This document shows positions 12,646 through 25,719 of a stretch of DNA of 64,000 bases, in pieces. Source of the DNA: Takakia lepidozioides (Eukaryota; Plantae; Bryophyta); NCBI GenBank assembly GCA_030704615.1, contig CM060731.1:88908001-88972000 (forward strand), read 5' to 3'. Under the pieces are notes generated by a model. That model made no database searches. It worked only from the letters and a program-made list of their open reading frames with translations, and had not been told where the DNA came from. The translations under genes were made by a program, and so were the position numbers. The stretch's first letter is position 1. Every line of letters starts with the position of its first letter.

Positions 12646-13139
12646 TAAGCTAATTGGTTGGATGCAACTCACATGTATCCCTAGTGCAGGAGCCTCGTGG
12701 ATGTAGCAGGAAGTAACAACAGCAATTGCACACTTGGTACCCTCATCTTTAATACAACCTGTTCTGTCCTCTTTTCAGAGTAGTCCCTAATTGTCCAGCG
12801 AAGGGGAGGATGTATATGGATTATGGGTGTTGTGGTAGGGATAGCTAAAGGGGCACACAAAGTAGGGCTGGTTCTGTTTTCAGTGCACATGGTGCTATTT
12901 ACAAAATTATTCGATCAGAAATACAGGGTGATGAACTTGTGCCCTTAGACTGTGTTTTGAGGAGCTAGATTCTGGGACAACAACGCTATTTTGTAAATCT
13001 GATTGGCAGTTGTTTAAGAGAATCTCTTTTTACATCTGCTGTTGGCTTAGTGTCTCTGTTATGTCCATTTGACTTTGTCACTTTGTTCTTTCTTGTGAAT
13101 GATGGTGTGTTATGATTTTCCAAATAATTAAAAAAACCA

Positions 13140-13713
13140 AATTCTCAAACAACTAATTTGATGCCACGCGTCCAACCCAACAAACCCCTTTACAGTAGGC
13201 ACCATGACTACACAACATCGTATCATACATTGACACATGTCATATCCTTGGAAAAACACATAGCAACGAGCTCCTACAGGCATAGTCATTGGAATGACTT
13301 TAAATACATTTAAAATTTAAAATAAACTAATCATATGATGCCACGGGTCCAAATATCAACATGTTGGTAGTCAGGATAATGACTGCAAGGCTTCCTTATA
13401 ATATGCCACGTGTCAATTTTTGGAGATGCCATATGGCGCATGTCCACGAAAACCTTCTGGACTTATTAAAAAGAGACACGTGTACAGTTTGCAGCAGCAC
13501 ACTAAATCATGGATGGTAGAAGTACATATGACTACCAAATGACAGTGAGATGTATCACTTGGTTCATCTTATTGCAGTCATACGTGACCGACCATCATAT
13601 ACTCATTGTATTCACTTGGTTTGCACGACTTAAAGTCATTGCAGTCATATGTACCGTTTATGACTACGGGATAGTCATATATACAGTCATATATACCGCG
13701 ATCTGTTGTAGTG
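13140..13713. mobile_element. Non-autonomous CACTA-like end region
   Basis: Ends ...ctgttGTAGTG at 13713; repeated atgact/agtcat/ccacgtgtc motifs; left end not resolved. Confidence 0.5.
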
Positions 13714-14367
13714 TAAATTTAAGTGTTTGTCGGATTTGTGCATCAAAAGCGGCTTTAGTGTGCCAGAAGTTTATACTTGATACAGCATGGTACCTTACAT
13801 GGGTGGGAGTGACTGAGCTGTTGGGGTGGGCATAATTCTGACAAACACACTTTCATTTGTGACAGTGAACCCTAAACAGTCATGAAGCTGTGGCATGAAT
13901 ACTTTTCTGACCCTAATCAATGGTGGCCCAATTGTGGCAAAAAGGTGAATGTCTGTTGGATTACAGAGAGTAGCAGATGCAATTGAGCATATGAACTAGT
14001 GTGAGAAGTTGAGTTGGGTGTTTCCTAGAACAAATGTAGGCTGTTATTGTCAGTTGCTACCAGCAAGGCAAGGATGTATGCATGATTTGTGCAGAGGCAT
14101 GGATAGCTGAAGGAGCAGGGATAGAGTGTGGGTCCAGATTCATCGGTGAGGGCCACATTTCAAGCACAACATTGCCTATGATTCCTTGTGGGAGAATAGC
14201 TACAAGAAACCTGCATGGGTAGATGGTCAACTGGAAGCCGCAGCAGCAGCGACACAATTGGTAAATTCAGGCAATGAGGGCACCTTCTTCAACACATTTT
14301 CACCCTGTTTTTCCCTCTTATTAGAATCGGCCCTAAATTTCCATGTTGAATTCTGCAAGTTAGCTGG

Positions 14368-14730
14368 TGGTGGACACATGTATAGCAAATGTGGGAGCAC
14401 TGAGGATGCGTGTTCAACACTATGGCTGAACGAGATTGTGCGTTTGCAGTGCGTGTGCAAGTCTGGCAGCTTTGGATGCATCACCAAAGTTGGAATTGTA
14501 ACAGATGCGATCCAAATGTGGGGAGCATCAAGGGTATGCCAAATGCCTCATATGCCAAATGTGGGAGCATCAAGGGCAAACCTGGCAGCTCTGGAAAAAG
14601 GGAAGAGGTCCATGGCTTCATTGTCAAAGCTGGAATTCTACCTGATGTGATTCTGAACAATGCCCTCGTGGACATGTATGCCAAATGTGGGAGCATCAAG
14701 GATGCAAAGGCAGTTTTCCAACACTATGGC
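14368..14730 (+). pseudogene. PLS-class PPR fragment
   Basis: VDMYSKCGSTEDA, EVHGFIVKAGILPDVILNNALVDMYAKCGSIKDAKAVF. Confidence 0.85.
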
Positions 14731-15778
14731 TCTTGGAGTGATTTTGACATGTACCAGCGAAGGGGAGAAAGTGGGGCCCTCAGTAGACGAGTTGAAAAGC
14801 ACTAGTTAAAAAGCACTGGCGCTTGATAGGGTGGGGCAAATTCAGGCTGGGGTGATCATTGATATCCCGGACGCAATGTAAAAAAGACGGTTGTGAGTGA
14901 AGGACACCCGTAGCAAAAAAACCTTGCTGTCTCAAAAAAGGAGGCAGTCACAAAGAGCAAGGCACTTTGTCCAAGCTTCTTGAATCTAGCAACAATGTGG
15001 ACAGGGATTGAGTCATTGGGAACAATTTATGTAAGGTGGCAAAGAAAACCTTGTCTGAGGATCACTGGATATTTCTCTAGTACGGTTGGACTAGTAGAGA
15101 TTGAAATCCGTGCTCAGCTCAGCTTCAGACTGTCTCATTGTGAAGGGTCACGGTTGACTGGACAGAAATGGGATTGACATTGCCGGGCTCCCAAATCTCT
15201 GAGACGACATGTGGTAGTTTTATCTATAGCTTCTCAAAGCAATTGTTTTACATTGTTCATTATAGTGTGACATTCTCATAACGATATTGTCGTCAGCTGC
15301 ATGAGCAGTGCATCTTTTTGGATTGTTGGTCCCCATAACCCTAATAACCTTTTTGAATTTTTTAAATTCTCTAAACAAAAGTCTATGTGTTATGTCGTCC
15401 AGGGCATGTTGAATAGAGGTGGAAGTCATTTTATCCATCCATCTTCCACCTGGATGGTCAATGGGCCAAGTCATATCCACCTTGATGGTCAATGTGCCAC
15501 GCCATATAGTTGCCCCAAATTCCTGTAGGACATCTGACACTCACCTCACACTCCATGACTCATTTGACACTCATGTCAAATGCCCCATATGAATTATCTT
15601 GGTCAACATCTGTTGACCGTATGGGTGTCATTCGAGTGTGAAATTTGTAACACCATGTGGCTTTTCCTACAATGATCCAAATCACACCTTGCCTCGTCTC
15701 ACATGGGTGTAAGAAGAGCCGTTCAAAGTGCCAGGTGTGAACTATGGGTGGTGTTGGAAAAACCGGTTTCTGTAGTAG

Positions 15779-16179
15779 GTTGTGCTTGAAATGTGGCCCT
15801 CTTGGATGAATCTGGACCCACACTCTATCCCTGCTCCTTCAGCTATCCATGCCTCTCACAAATCATGCATACATCTTTGCCTTGCTGGTAGCAACTGACA
15901 ATAACAGCCTATATTTGTTCAAGGAAACACCCAACTCAACTTCTCACACTAGTTCCTATGCTCAATTGCATCTGCTACTCTCTATAATCCAACATGCATT
16001 CACATTTTTTCCACAATTGGGCCACCATTGATTAGGGTCAGAAAAGTATTCATGCCACAGCTTCATGACTGTTTAGGGTTCACTGTCACAAATGAAAGTG
16101 TGTTTGTCAGAATTCTGCCCACCCCAACAGCTCAGTCACTCCCACCCATGGAAGGTACCATGCTGTATCAAGTCTAAAC
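15779..16179 (-). repeat. Inverted copy of flanking host sequence 13769-14170 (PDF exon a, intron, start of exon b) inside the CACTA
   Basis: Reverse complement aligns over ~400 bp with few mismatches. Confidence 0.9.
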
Positions 16180-16213
16180 CCTGGAAAAGTACATGCAATA
16201 GCAGAAACCAACT

Positions 16214-19200
16214 CTACACCATAGCACAACTGGCTTGGTACCTCCCATGTGGAGCTTGCCTCCGCCTTCTACCATTTCGCCTCTGCCTTGCAGGTGCATT
16301 CAAGTTGGCAATGGCCAATTCATCTACCTCACTCAAAGGAACACAAACAGCAAGCTCAGTCATGATGTTATGAGGAATTTCAGGAGGCACCATGCCTACA
16401 TAAATGTCCCCCTCACCCAGTGCCACTTTTGTAATATCGTGAACCACTCGTCGGGATCGAGGGTCCTTGTGAAGGACCACCTTCCAGTTCCCTCGTGAAC
16501 TTTTTTCATCCGAGAAAAAAACTTGCTCCACCTGACTAGAGAATGTCCAGGGCTGCTCCATCCCAGGCAACATGCGACTGAAGTCAACCAAGAGAAAGCC
16601 ATAATCATCTCGTTTCATGGTGGCATTCCGGCCCACCATGTGTGACCTCACCCATGTACACAAGAACAGAATTGGGTGAAGAATTCCGTAATCCAGTTGA
16701 ATTATTTCTCTTACAACACCCACATATTCCAATTGGGATAACACTCGTCTGGACATACCTGCTCTGTTTTCGCTTTCCTGATGGAATACTTGAGCAACTC
16801 CAGAATCAAATGTCACCCTGTCTCTGGCGCCAGTCCCATCACTTATTGCTCGAAAGTGATTGCCGTAAGCATACATGGACTTGAAGCCCAATGACTGTAC
16901 TGCTGGTGGTATACATAAATGGCATATGTCCAAATCATAGGACTCACTTGAACTCACCTTGCGTTGGACAGCACCTTCAATCCATTCATGGAATGGAGCC
17001 AGTAAGCGCATATCTGTTGGGTATGGAATTTCTCCATTGTGGTGGTCTTGGTCTTGTCCACAAAGGTATGCTGTTCTGAACTCAGTGCGGGATGCTTCTA
17101 TGAGTGCCATCTCCTCTTCATAGGCCCTGTCCAAATGAGAATTGCAAATTAGGATTACAGCTTATACCATTGGCAGAAATGAAACACACAGGATATGATA
17201 AGCAACATACTTACTCAAGGAATGGTTTCATGCAATCTGTGTTGTGCAAAATATACTCGTGTGCACTGTCTCGTTCTTGAATGGTGATGACTCGTACAGT
17301 TCCCAATCCTTCAACCACCTCCCCACTAACTGAGTCTTCTTCATTGGAGTCCCACACCCTTTGGCTTGTAGCATGAAATTCAGCCATATACTCAGTTAGA
17401 AACCCTAGGGCCTCATCCAAAGCATACCCTTCCGCCATGCTCCTTCAGGTCGGCTCATATTCCTTACATAGCCTTTTAATGTCTTCATATACCGTTCCAT
17501 AGGATACATCCAACGGCTAGACACGGGACCACACACCTCCAATTCGTCCACAAGGTGTACAAGCAAGTGAGTCATGATATCAAAAAATGACGGAGGGAAT
17601 TCTTTCTCCAGCAGACACATAGTGATTGCAACAGCTTCTTTTAAGGCCAGTACCTCAGCTGGATTAATGATCTTTGCACACACTTTTTGGAAGACTCGAG
17701 AAAGCCTCATAATTGCCATCCGTGGACCCTTTCCCAATACCCCTCGAATGCAAAGAGGTAAAATCTGCTGCATCATTACATGGTAGTCATGGGTTTTCAT
17801 TGTAAACAGTTTATTGTCAGCCACATGTTTCTGGAATGTGGCAGCATAACCTGTGGGGGCCTTTACTGCAGCCAATGTTTCCAAAAACAGCACCTTCTCA
17901 TCTTCAGTAAGAACATATGGGGCCAAAGGCTTGACCAACTTGTTCGGGTGAGAGGGATGGGGTCTCAACCACAAGTGTTCACGAATGACATTGAGTTCCA
18001 TATCCTTCCTAGATGTGGCTGTGTCCTTCTCCCAAGAATGGTTCTCAGCACATTCTCACACAATTTTTTTTCACAATGCATCACATCCAGTGTGTATCGG
18101 ATGAGTAAGTCTTTCCAGTATGGCAATTGGTTCAAAACAGTGACCCGTTTCATGCCATGTTCCTTTGAAGGGTCCAGTTTTCCCCCCTCAGCCCCTCCCA
18201 TTGCGAGATACAACTCTCTGGTTGTAGCCCGGTCAAATTGCTCACTTGCAGTGACCACCATAGGAGCTGCTCTATGTTCCACATGTCCATTAAAGTGGGA
18301 CGAGTTATTCCTATAGGGATGAATAGCAGGCAAGTATCTCCTATGACCAAGATACAAAACTTTTTTGCATGCCTTGGAGTACCTGGAATCAACATTAGGG
18401 CCGCAAGCTGGGCAGGCCTTGTATCCCCCGTGTGCGCATCCTGCTAGCAACCCATAAGCTGGAAAGTCGTGGATTGACCACATCAAGCTGGCCCTCATGC
18501 GAAATGACTGTTGCCCCACTAGGCTACTTCCATCCAATGCCTCCACACCAACTTCCCACAACAATTTCAGCTCATCCACAAGGGGCTGCAGATAAACATC
18601 TGCATTGTCATTTCCCACAGATTGTGGTCCAGGAATCAATAAAGCCAACATCGTGAAAAATGGCTTAGTACACAGCCATGGTGGAAGATTATAGTTTACC
18701 AACATGACAGGCCAAGTTGACCATTTGTTTGATTTATCACTATAAGGATTGACACCATCCCATGCGAGACCCAATCGCAGATTTTTTGGGGTCCGCTGCA
18801 AACTCAGGCCATTTTTGGTCAATGTGGGCCCAAGCCTTGCTGTCTGCTGGGTGCCTAACCAAGCCATCCAAACTTCGATTCTTAAAGTGCCATGACAATA
18901 ACTCTGAGATGGATTTGGCTTTATACATTCGAAGCAGCCTTGGAATGATAGGGAAATGTCGAAGGACCTTACGAGGTACTGGTGTCTTCGTACCCACCAC
19001 ATAACGACATGCCTGACATTTTGGACAAACCTCCAAATTTTGAAGCTCCCTTCTGAACAACACACAACCTTTCGGACATGCATGTATACTCTCGTAATGA
19101 AGCCCGAGTTCCATTATGAGTTGTTTTGCCTCATAGTGGGACTTTGGCAGGCAATTGTCTGCTGGCAACAGTTGTCTTCCTAACAATGTAAGGAGTTCAT

Positions 19201-20024
19201 CGACAAAGGTGTTTGACACACCATGGGTTTGACAAGCATTTAACAGCAGTAAGGTAGCAGACAATCGAGAGGAAGAACTCCCTACATACAAAGCCCTAGA
19301 TGCCTCTTGCTCAAAACGTAAGGCACTCGCTGCACCACGATCACCATCGCTCTTCAGTCCACCATCAGTCTGCTCTGGCACTCCATCTGTGTCCCATTGG
19401 CCCTGTGTTCCATCTCCCGGTTCCTCATGTGCATCACCAGTTTGCACCCCATTATCTGTAGTTGCAATGTCTCCCGGAGCATTCTAAGCATGTCAAGATT
19501 ACGATCCAAGGTATCAGGACCACCTGTAGGGCTGGTTTCCGTTCTAAACCCCTCATGTTCGTCTCCAGAGTTTTCCTGCTTATAAGCATATCAGTCCACA
19601 TGTCAATCCACAATAAGATGGGGAGTTTAGGGTTGGAAATGGTGGATGTGGAACGTGCCATAATACAGGCACGTGGCAATAGGAAAACGGGCATGTACAA
19701 TACTCTACACACCTTACAACAATCCCGCTACCAGGAATTTGAACTGTTTCTTATAATTTCAAAGTATGCATCAGGGTTAAGGGAAGAGAATCCACAGATA
19801 TGCACCGGGAGTTCTCGCAAGTTAGGATCTCGCAAGTTCAAAAGCAGATGACGCTTAGCCCGGCCAATGGTTTGCCAGTTCCCACCATGACAGGCATTGC
19901 ATGGACATAGAATTTTCCGAAGACCCAGTCTTCTTGCTCGCGCTTCCTCTAGTTTCCAAAATCTGTCATCGTCATGTTCTGCTTGTGTCCGCCTTTGCAA
20001 TCGATGGGCAGTAGGAGGGATCAT
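16214..20024 (-). pseudogene. CACTA TnpD-type transposase (Transposase_21, DUF4218 and DUF4216-like regions), frameshifted
   Basis: LCPCNAC; IHACPKGCVLF..CPKC; LRHFPIIPRL; RHPADSKAW; NLRLGLAWDGVNP; WSTWPVMLVNYNLPPW; DFPAYG; LDVMHCEK; KTHDYHVMMQQ; FPPSFFDIMTHLLVHL; RWMYPMERYM; QVEQVFF. Confidence 0.95.
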
Positions 20025-20711
20025 CTTGGCGACTGAGTGAGACTTGTCAGGAAATGGAGACAGACATAGAGTGTCCAGAAGTTACACCAGGGCGCAAGCC
20101 TACAGCAAGGGAGGTAGAACGAGCAAAGCGTCAAGCGGAGAACAAGGCATTCTTCGCACGACTGAAGATCTACGACATTGCAAAGAGGTCCGAACTTGCG
20201 TTTTTTCATATGCCCTACCTAGCCCTAGCCATGAACCGCATTAAAAGCTCAAAACCTGCAGAGAGGATATGTTAGGGTTTTGCTGCTGCTGACATTGTCT
20301 TTCTTCTTCTTCTTGAAGCGAAGATTGAGTCGCCCTAAACGCCTCGTTGAGGAAATCCTCAAACACACAGGTCCTCCTCGCCGAAGTCACAGGTTCAACT
20401 CCTGCACTCTGCAATGTCACAACGGGAGAAAGAGGTAGAGCAAGAGGAGGAAGCGCAGGTGGTAGCAGAGTCAAACACAGAGGAGGCACGAGAGCAAGAA
20501 TTGCAGTGAGACCAAGATTATGCCGCACATGAAGACTTGAATGAGACCAGCTCGGAGTCAGAGATGGAAACGATGAAAGAAGCCCCCAAAGAGAAAGCAC
20601 GCAAAGCACCCTGCAAACTCCCCAACCCATCAGCAGGTTTGCGATCTGCACCAAAGTTCCGAGTTTCAAACACTATATAACTTGTCCCAGTATAATTTAG
20701 GGTTCTGAGAC

Positions 20712-21345
20712 CTAACAAGCTTGATTGATATCTTTACGGAGCTGGTAGTACCTCGCCCAATTCTCTGTTGGTTCCAAATTGCAGCACTCTTTATAGAGGG
20801 CTCGTCTCTTAGCTATCTTGAGTTTAATCTCATTGGTCCACCAATTAACAGCTCTAGCACAGACAATTAGTTTCATCCCAATGATCTTGTCAACCACGGA
20901 GGAAACGAAACCTCTCCCAAGAGTCCCCTGCTCTTCGACTCATTTCTTTTCTTGCGTATCAGAGCGAGACTGAAGTTCTTGGAGCGATTGCATCGAGAGG
21001 GAGAGCCTCTTGCAAGGCCGGATATACTCAACCTTGACCTCCTCATTATGAAGTTTTTCTATGCGCCACTTCCGAATCGAATGTTTACATATCTCTTGGT
21101 GTTGGAAAACACCTTTTGATCTCATTCCAAACCAGGAACTGGTCAGAGGTAGCAATATCAGTTCTGTCGATCACACATTCGCACACTGGGGAACAAATTT
21201 TTGTCCATTATGATATAATCCACAATGGAGCGTTCCCCTAGTTTGGGATTTCTCACGAGTCCACTGCACTTGGTCACCTCTTGTCTTGATTCAAGGTGAA
21301 AAGCTGAAGATCTCTAGACAGTTAATTAACTGTCTGCCATTAGAA
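20712..21345 (-). pseudogene. LINE fragment (endonuclease end and linker) inside the CACTA
   Basis: SIVDYIIMD, DIATSDQFLVW, KWRIEKL, NWWTNEIKLKIAKRRALYK. Confidence 0.6.
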
Positions 21346-21665
21346 TGAGGGGCTCACTCCATTAGTAGGACTTACCGTGTTATAAACATTAGTTCAGGCT
21401 TTCCAGATTCCTTTTAGAAAGCCCTTCACACGTTCATCAGTTTTGTTGTATGTGGGCTACCAAGCAATGAGACCCCACAGGGCCCACCGCTTAGACTCAG
21501 CCTTGAGATATTGATAGTTGGTGAACAGAGGTGCAGGGACTATGTTCTTGATGGTCCTAAAGAGGGTCGCTCTCTGATGAGAATACCCAGACTTGTATCA
21601 CAAAATGGACATTGTCTTCAGGCCACCCACACCAGTGAGCATCGACACAATCTCCCTTTCCTCTT

Positions 21666-21933
21666 TGCATCTGTTTATTGTTCAAAGGTAACTCCCCCCA
21701 TCCGGAGGTTAAATTTTTTCAGTCTAGTGCCAGGTCAGGTCTGCCCTTCAGATCATCCTCAAAGTCCTCACCCATGTCACAACTGGAAATCACCCATGTC
21801 ACAACTGGAAATGCATCTGTTTATTGTTCAAAGGTAGACTCCCCATCCGGAGGTTAAATTTTCAGTCTAGTGCCAAGGGTAGGTCTGCCCTTCAGATCAT
21901 CCTCAAAGTCCTCACCCATGTCACAAACTGGAA
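21666..21933 (+). repeat. Tandem duplication of ~125-145 bp
   Basis: tgcatctgtttattgttcaaaggta...cacccatgtcacaactggaaa occurs at 21666 and 21812. Confidence 0.85.
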
Positions 21934-24900
21934 ACGAGTTCAGGGAAGTTTATGCCTAACATTGTTTTGTTCGGACATTCTTCATGCTTTTGACATGGCC
22001 TTAGACACTTCAGCCTCCACGTCAGATTCATCTAGCAGGGTGAGTTCTTCCTTCCATATTCAGGTATTTATCATAGGGTCGTTGGTATGAGGCATGCGAT
22101 TCAGCTGACTACAGGTCTGACTGACAGGGTCTTCTTGCATAGGCCTTTGGGCTTGGCTTACCCACGTGGTTTGCCATCCCTAGTAGTATGGTCGTATTGT
22201 TTCACATGTTTCTGTTGAGCAATGTGTGCAGAGTTCAGTAAAAAAAAGGAAGGGAATTGCAAGAAGGATGCGAACGAGCATTAAGTCTCTTACCTAGCAA
22301 AGTGTGCACCAACTATTTGCGCCAACTGCTGTGATTAGTGGCGCGGTTGTTCCCCCTTACGAAAAACCAGCCCCGCCCACTGACGTTCCAGTCCACCAGT
22401 ATTGGCTCCTCCCTCGTATCCGCTTAGCTACCCACAGTATCCTGCCATGTCAGGGTATAATCTGCATGGGCACATGCCGTATCCTCACAATCAACCTCAA
22501 AAACAATGATTCTCAGTGCCAGAATTACAATTTCTTTTGCTCCACCTGCAGGCGCTCCAATGCATGATCCTAGTCAAGGTGGGTATTCCATTTACCACCA
22601 TTATGGAATGCATCCCCATAGTATGTATCCTCCTCGCCTATGTACAACCAACCTACTTCCTCCCTCTATTCTACCAACCCTGCAAGACCACACCAGGGGC
22701 AGGTCCAGTATGGTGGCCACCAACCTTCAGGATCCAACTACAGGAGGTTTACTATTTCATGAGCGCATGAGCCCATGAGCCCATGAGCCTATGAGCTCAT
22801 GAGCGGAAACATCGCGGAATTTGGAATTTTCCTGCCTTTATTGACGGTGTTATGTCTTGTATGTCCTCTGACCTAGGAATAGGGTCTGTTTCTCCTAGTC
22901 CAGGATGCGGAATGAGGTATTTCGGCGCCCTATTCCCAAAAAAGAAGCAGTTGTGCTAAAATGGTGTTTTTGAAGACATCCCACCGGGGTATTTCGGCAC
23001 CGAAATTACCTCTTAAAATGTGATATAGTGCGGTATTTAATGGCGCAGAACGGGCTATTTGGGCGCCGAAATACCCAAGTGGAATGTGCTGAAGTGCCTT
23101 GTGCTGAAGGCTTCCATCGCGATATTTTGGTACAGTAATTCATCCGTGGAATTTTGAGGCCCATATAACGAAGGCGCGCATTGGCTATTTCGGCGCCAAA
23201 TTCCCAATAGGAATGTTAGAAACGGCAGGGTTTTCATGGCTTCAAGTTCTCGCTCGATGGTGTGCATAAATTACTTGTAGGGTTCTTCAATGAAGTTTGC
23301 GTCTCTTCTACTTTTATTATACATTTTGGTTGGCGGGAAGAAATGTAGGGCAACGGACAAGCAGTCCGAACACAATGATTTTTCCAAATCGTCAATATTT
23401 CATTAAGTGTTTCAGAACTGTACAACAAAAGGATCCAAATGAGACTTTGCTAGGTGAGGATCCGCTATCACTGTCCGATGCATCCCCGGCCTCATGGCAA
23501 GGATGGCTGCCTTCCACCTGCCTCCGAACCCTGCACTGCCGTTTACCGCTGGTACTCTGAAAGCCCTCCCCTCAAAAATACCATCCTCACCAGCCGGAAC
23601 TGTCCACTTGGGTGCGGAAGTGTCCTCAACATTCCCCTCGCTCTCGGACGCGGATTCTATTACGAACTTCCCTACTCTGCCTTCACAATTCTATTGTTTG
23701 GCCTCACGCCTCATTATGATTCTCTGCTCATTCCCGTATGTCAATTGCTCTAACCGAGTAGGCCTATCCTCCCTGCTGATGCTTCTCTGGCAGCCGTGTC
23801 TGCATAGGCTGGTAGAAAAAAAGGCTTCTGGGGCTCGCGAGAAACGATTTTCTGGCAAAGAATGGCCGATGCGATTTCTCTCTTCCTGTGCAACAGGGTC
23901 CGATTCGGGCAAGTCTCCCAGCTTCTCCTCGTCGGACGACTCTGCAAGGCTGAGTGTAGCACAAACATAGAATGAAGTACATTAGAGAATTCAAACAGGG
24001 AATCATCGGCAGGTTGCATGGTCCCTACAACCGAAACCAATACACTTACTATGGTGCAACTCACTCGAAGATAGGCATTGGGGGAAGCGGCTTCGGGCGC
24101 CCTGCATCGAACGAATTTCCTGGACTTCCTCCTTTCATCTTCCTCTCCCCTTCCACAATGTCATCTTCTGCATTTTTGGGATCCTCAGTCGGAGGCAAAC
24201 GCTGAAGGCCCGCCAATTGTAATCGTACAAGGCCGTATCCCCCTCAAATGAGAACACAAATCGGTTCGACATCCTTCCCGCCCACATACAGCACCTGCAA
24301 TTCATAGACACAACCACACCAAACTCAAGAATGAGGCGCTTCCTCGCAAAAGCAAACATACACAAACAGAAATGGTGTCAATTTTGGTGCCGCATTCAAT
24401 TAACATTCTCACCTGTATTTGCACGTGATGTCGAGGACCCTGCCTTCAACATCCGTACATGTTTCCATGAGCGTGGGATGAATGCAGGACTCATGGTCCT
24501 GCCATACCTCCATGGCTTGCCCGACAAATCACAAAGAATGTCCTTCTCTCCCACATGGTTGAACATGACGTTATACTCCAGTGGATCAACTATGGAATCA
24601 ACAAGTCTTCCTGTTTCACGTAATTTGAATTTCTAATGTTTCTTCACGAAGCAAAATGCCTGAAAGATAAGAGTCCGCAAGCTCCAGCAGGTTCTGATCG
24701 TCGCCAAGTCGTACCACGTTGTCGTCCTGCTCCTTCTGTCAGCTCAAGGGGCGCCCTTCTGCAGATCCAACTCCCACACTCCAGCAGCCTCCACCGCATC
24801 CGTGTTTTTTGAAATGACTGCAACCCAAATCTCTGCTTCCAGTTCTCCCTAGGGTTTTACTGGCGAAGCCATGGGCTCCTTCTGTTCCTCGACTTCCGAA

Positions 24901-25719
24901 CTCTAGGTGGGCTTTTTCTGAGGCGATATCTGAGGTGTTGAATGAGGACTCGCCTGCCTCGATGCACTTCCACCTTGCGAGCGCAGCACCCGGGCAGGAG
25001 TATCCAAAGTTGACTGTGTTGCTTCGCCCCCTGCGATCCCTCCCCAGCTCCCATGTCAAACAAACAGGAAAACATGAGACACTGCACGCAAAAAAAAAGG
25101 TGTAAAAGGAATATTGCGTATGGAGTGCTTCACATCTGCAAAGCACGAATCTCTCACTGGTGGGCGATCCGAGTCTCCGGATAACGAGGTCTACATTTCA
25201 TGCATGAGACGGAGCTTAAAGTCGTGTCGTCGGCGGCTTCCCAAAATCCCGCGTCCTCCTTCTCTTTGCCGGAGTCACCTGACCTTCCACAAACTCTATG
25301 CTACCACTATGCCGCATAAGGAGAGGAAACGCAGGAGAATGTCACTACAGAAAGGCAAGGAGCGATAGAGCGAAGCGGTGGAAACATGCAACCACTCTAC
25401 ACGAGCAGATGTGTAAGCAGCCACGTCTCCCGAAGCGTTGCCACCGTCACCACTTTCTGCCGTATGGGTGATGAAGAGATTGTGACCCCTGACACGTTCG
25501 CAACAGATGAAGTCGACTGAACACGACGCGTGCCAGTTCCAGCCACCAGTACAAGATGGTTTATCCGAATTGCGGCACCGGAAATACCTTCCGTTCACCA
25601 TGCTGTTCCCGGAGCAGCCGACATTGAATGAAATATCCGCACATCATGAAACCCAACCGCATGAAAATCCCCTGCCTATGACATTCAACAGTCAGGTCGG
25701 TACATTTCATAAGCGGACG

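Larger units (their letters stand above)
7278..14730 (+). pseudogene. Degenerate array of OSB-type (organellar ssDNA-binding) PDF-motif exon pairs, interspersed with PLS-type PPR fragments
   Basis: Exon a, EKLWNEYFSDPSQWWDNRGKK|gt (~9101, 10878, 11460, 13882; variant at 8210). Exon b, ag|IHPRGPDFKHKITNDSLWINNYKKPAWVDGQL (~8765, 9348, 11139, 14138; variant at 8455). Spliced, they give the W..FF..P..WWDNR..K..P..PDFKHK...LW...P.W motif. Confidence 0.85.
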
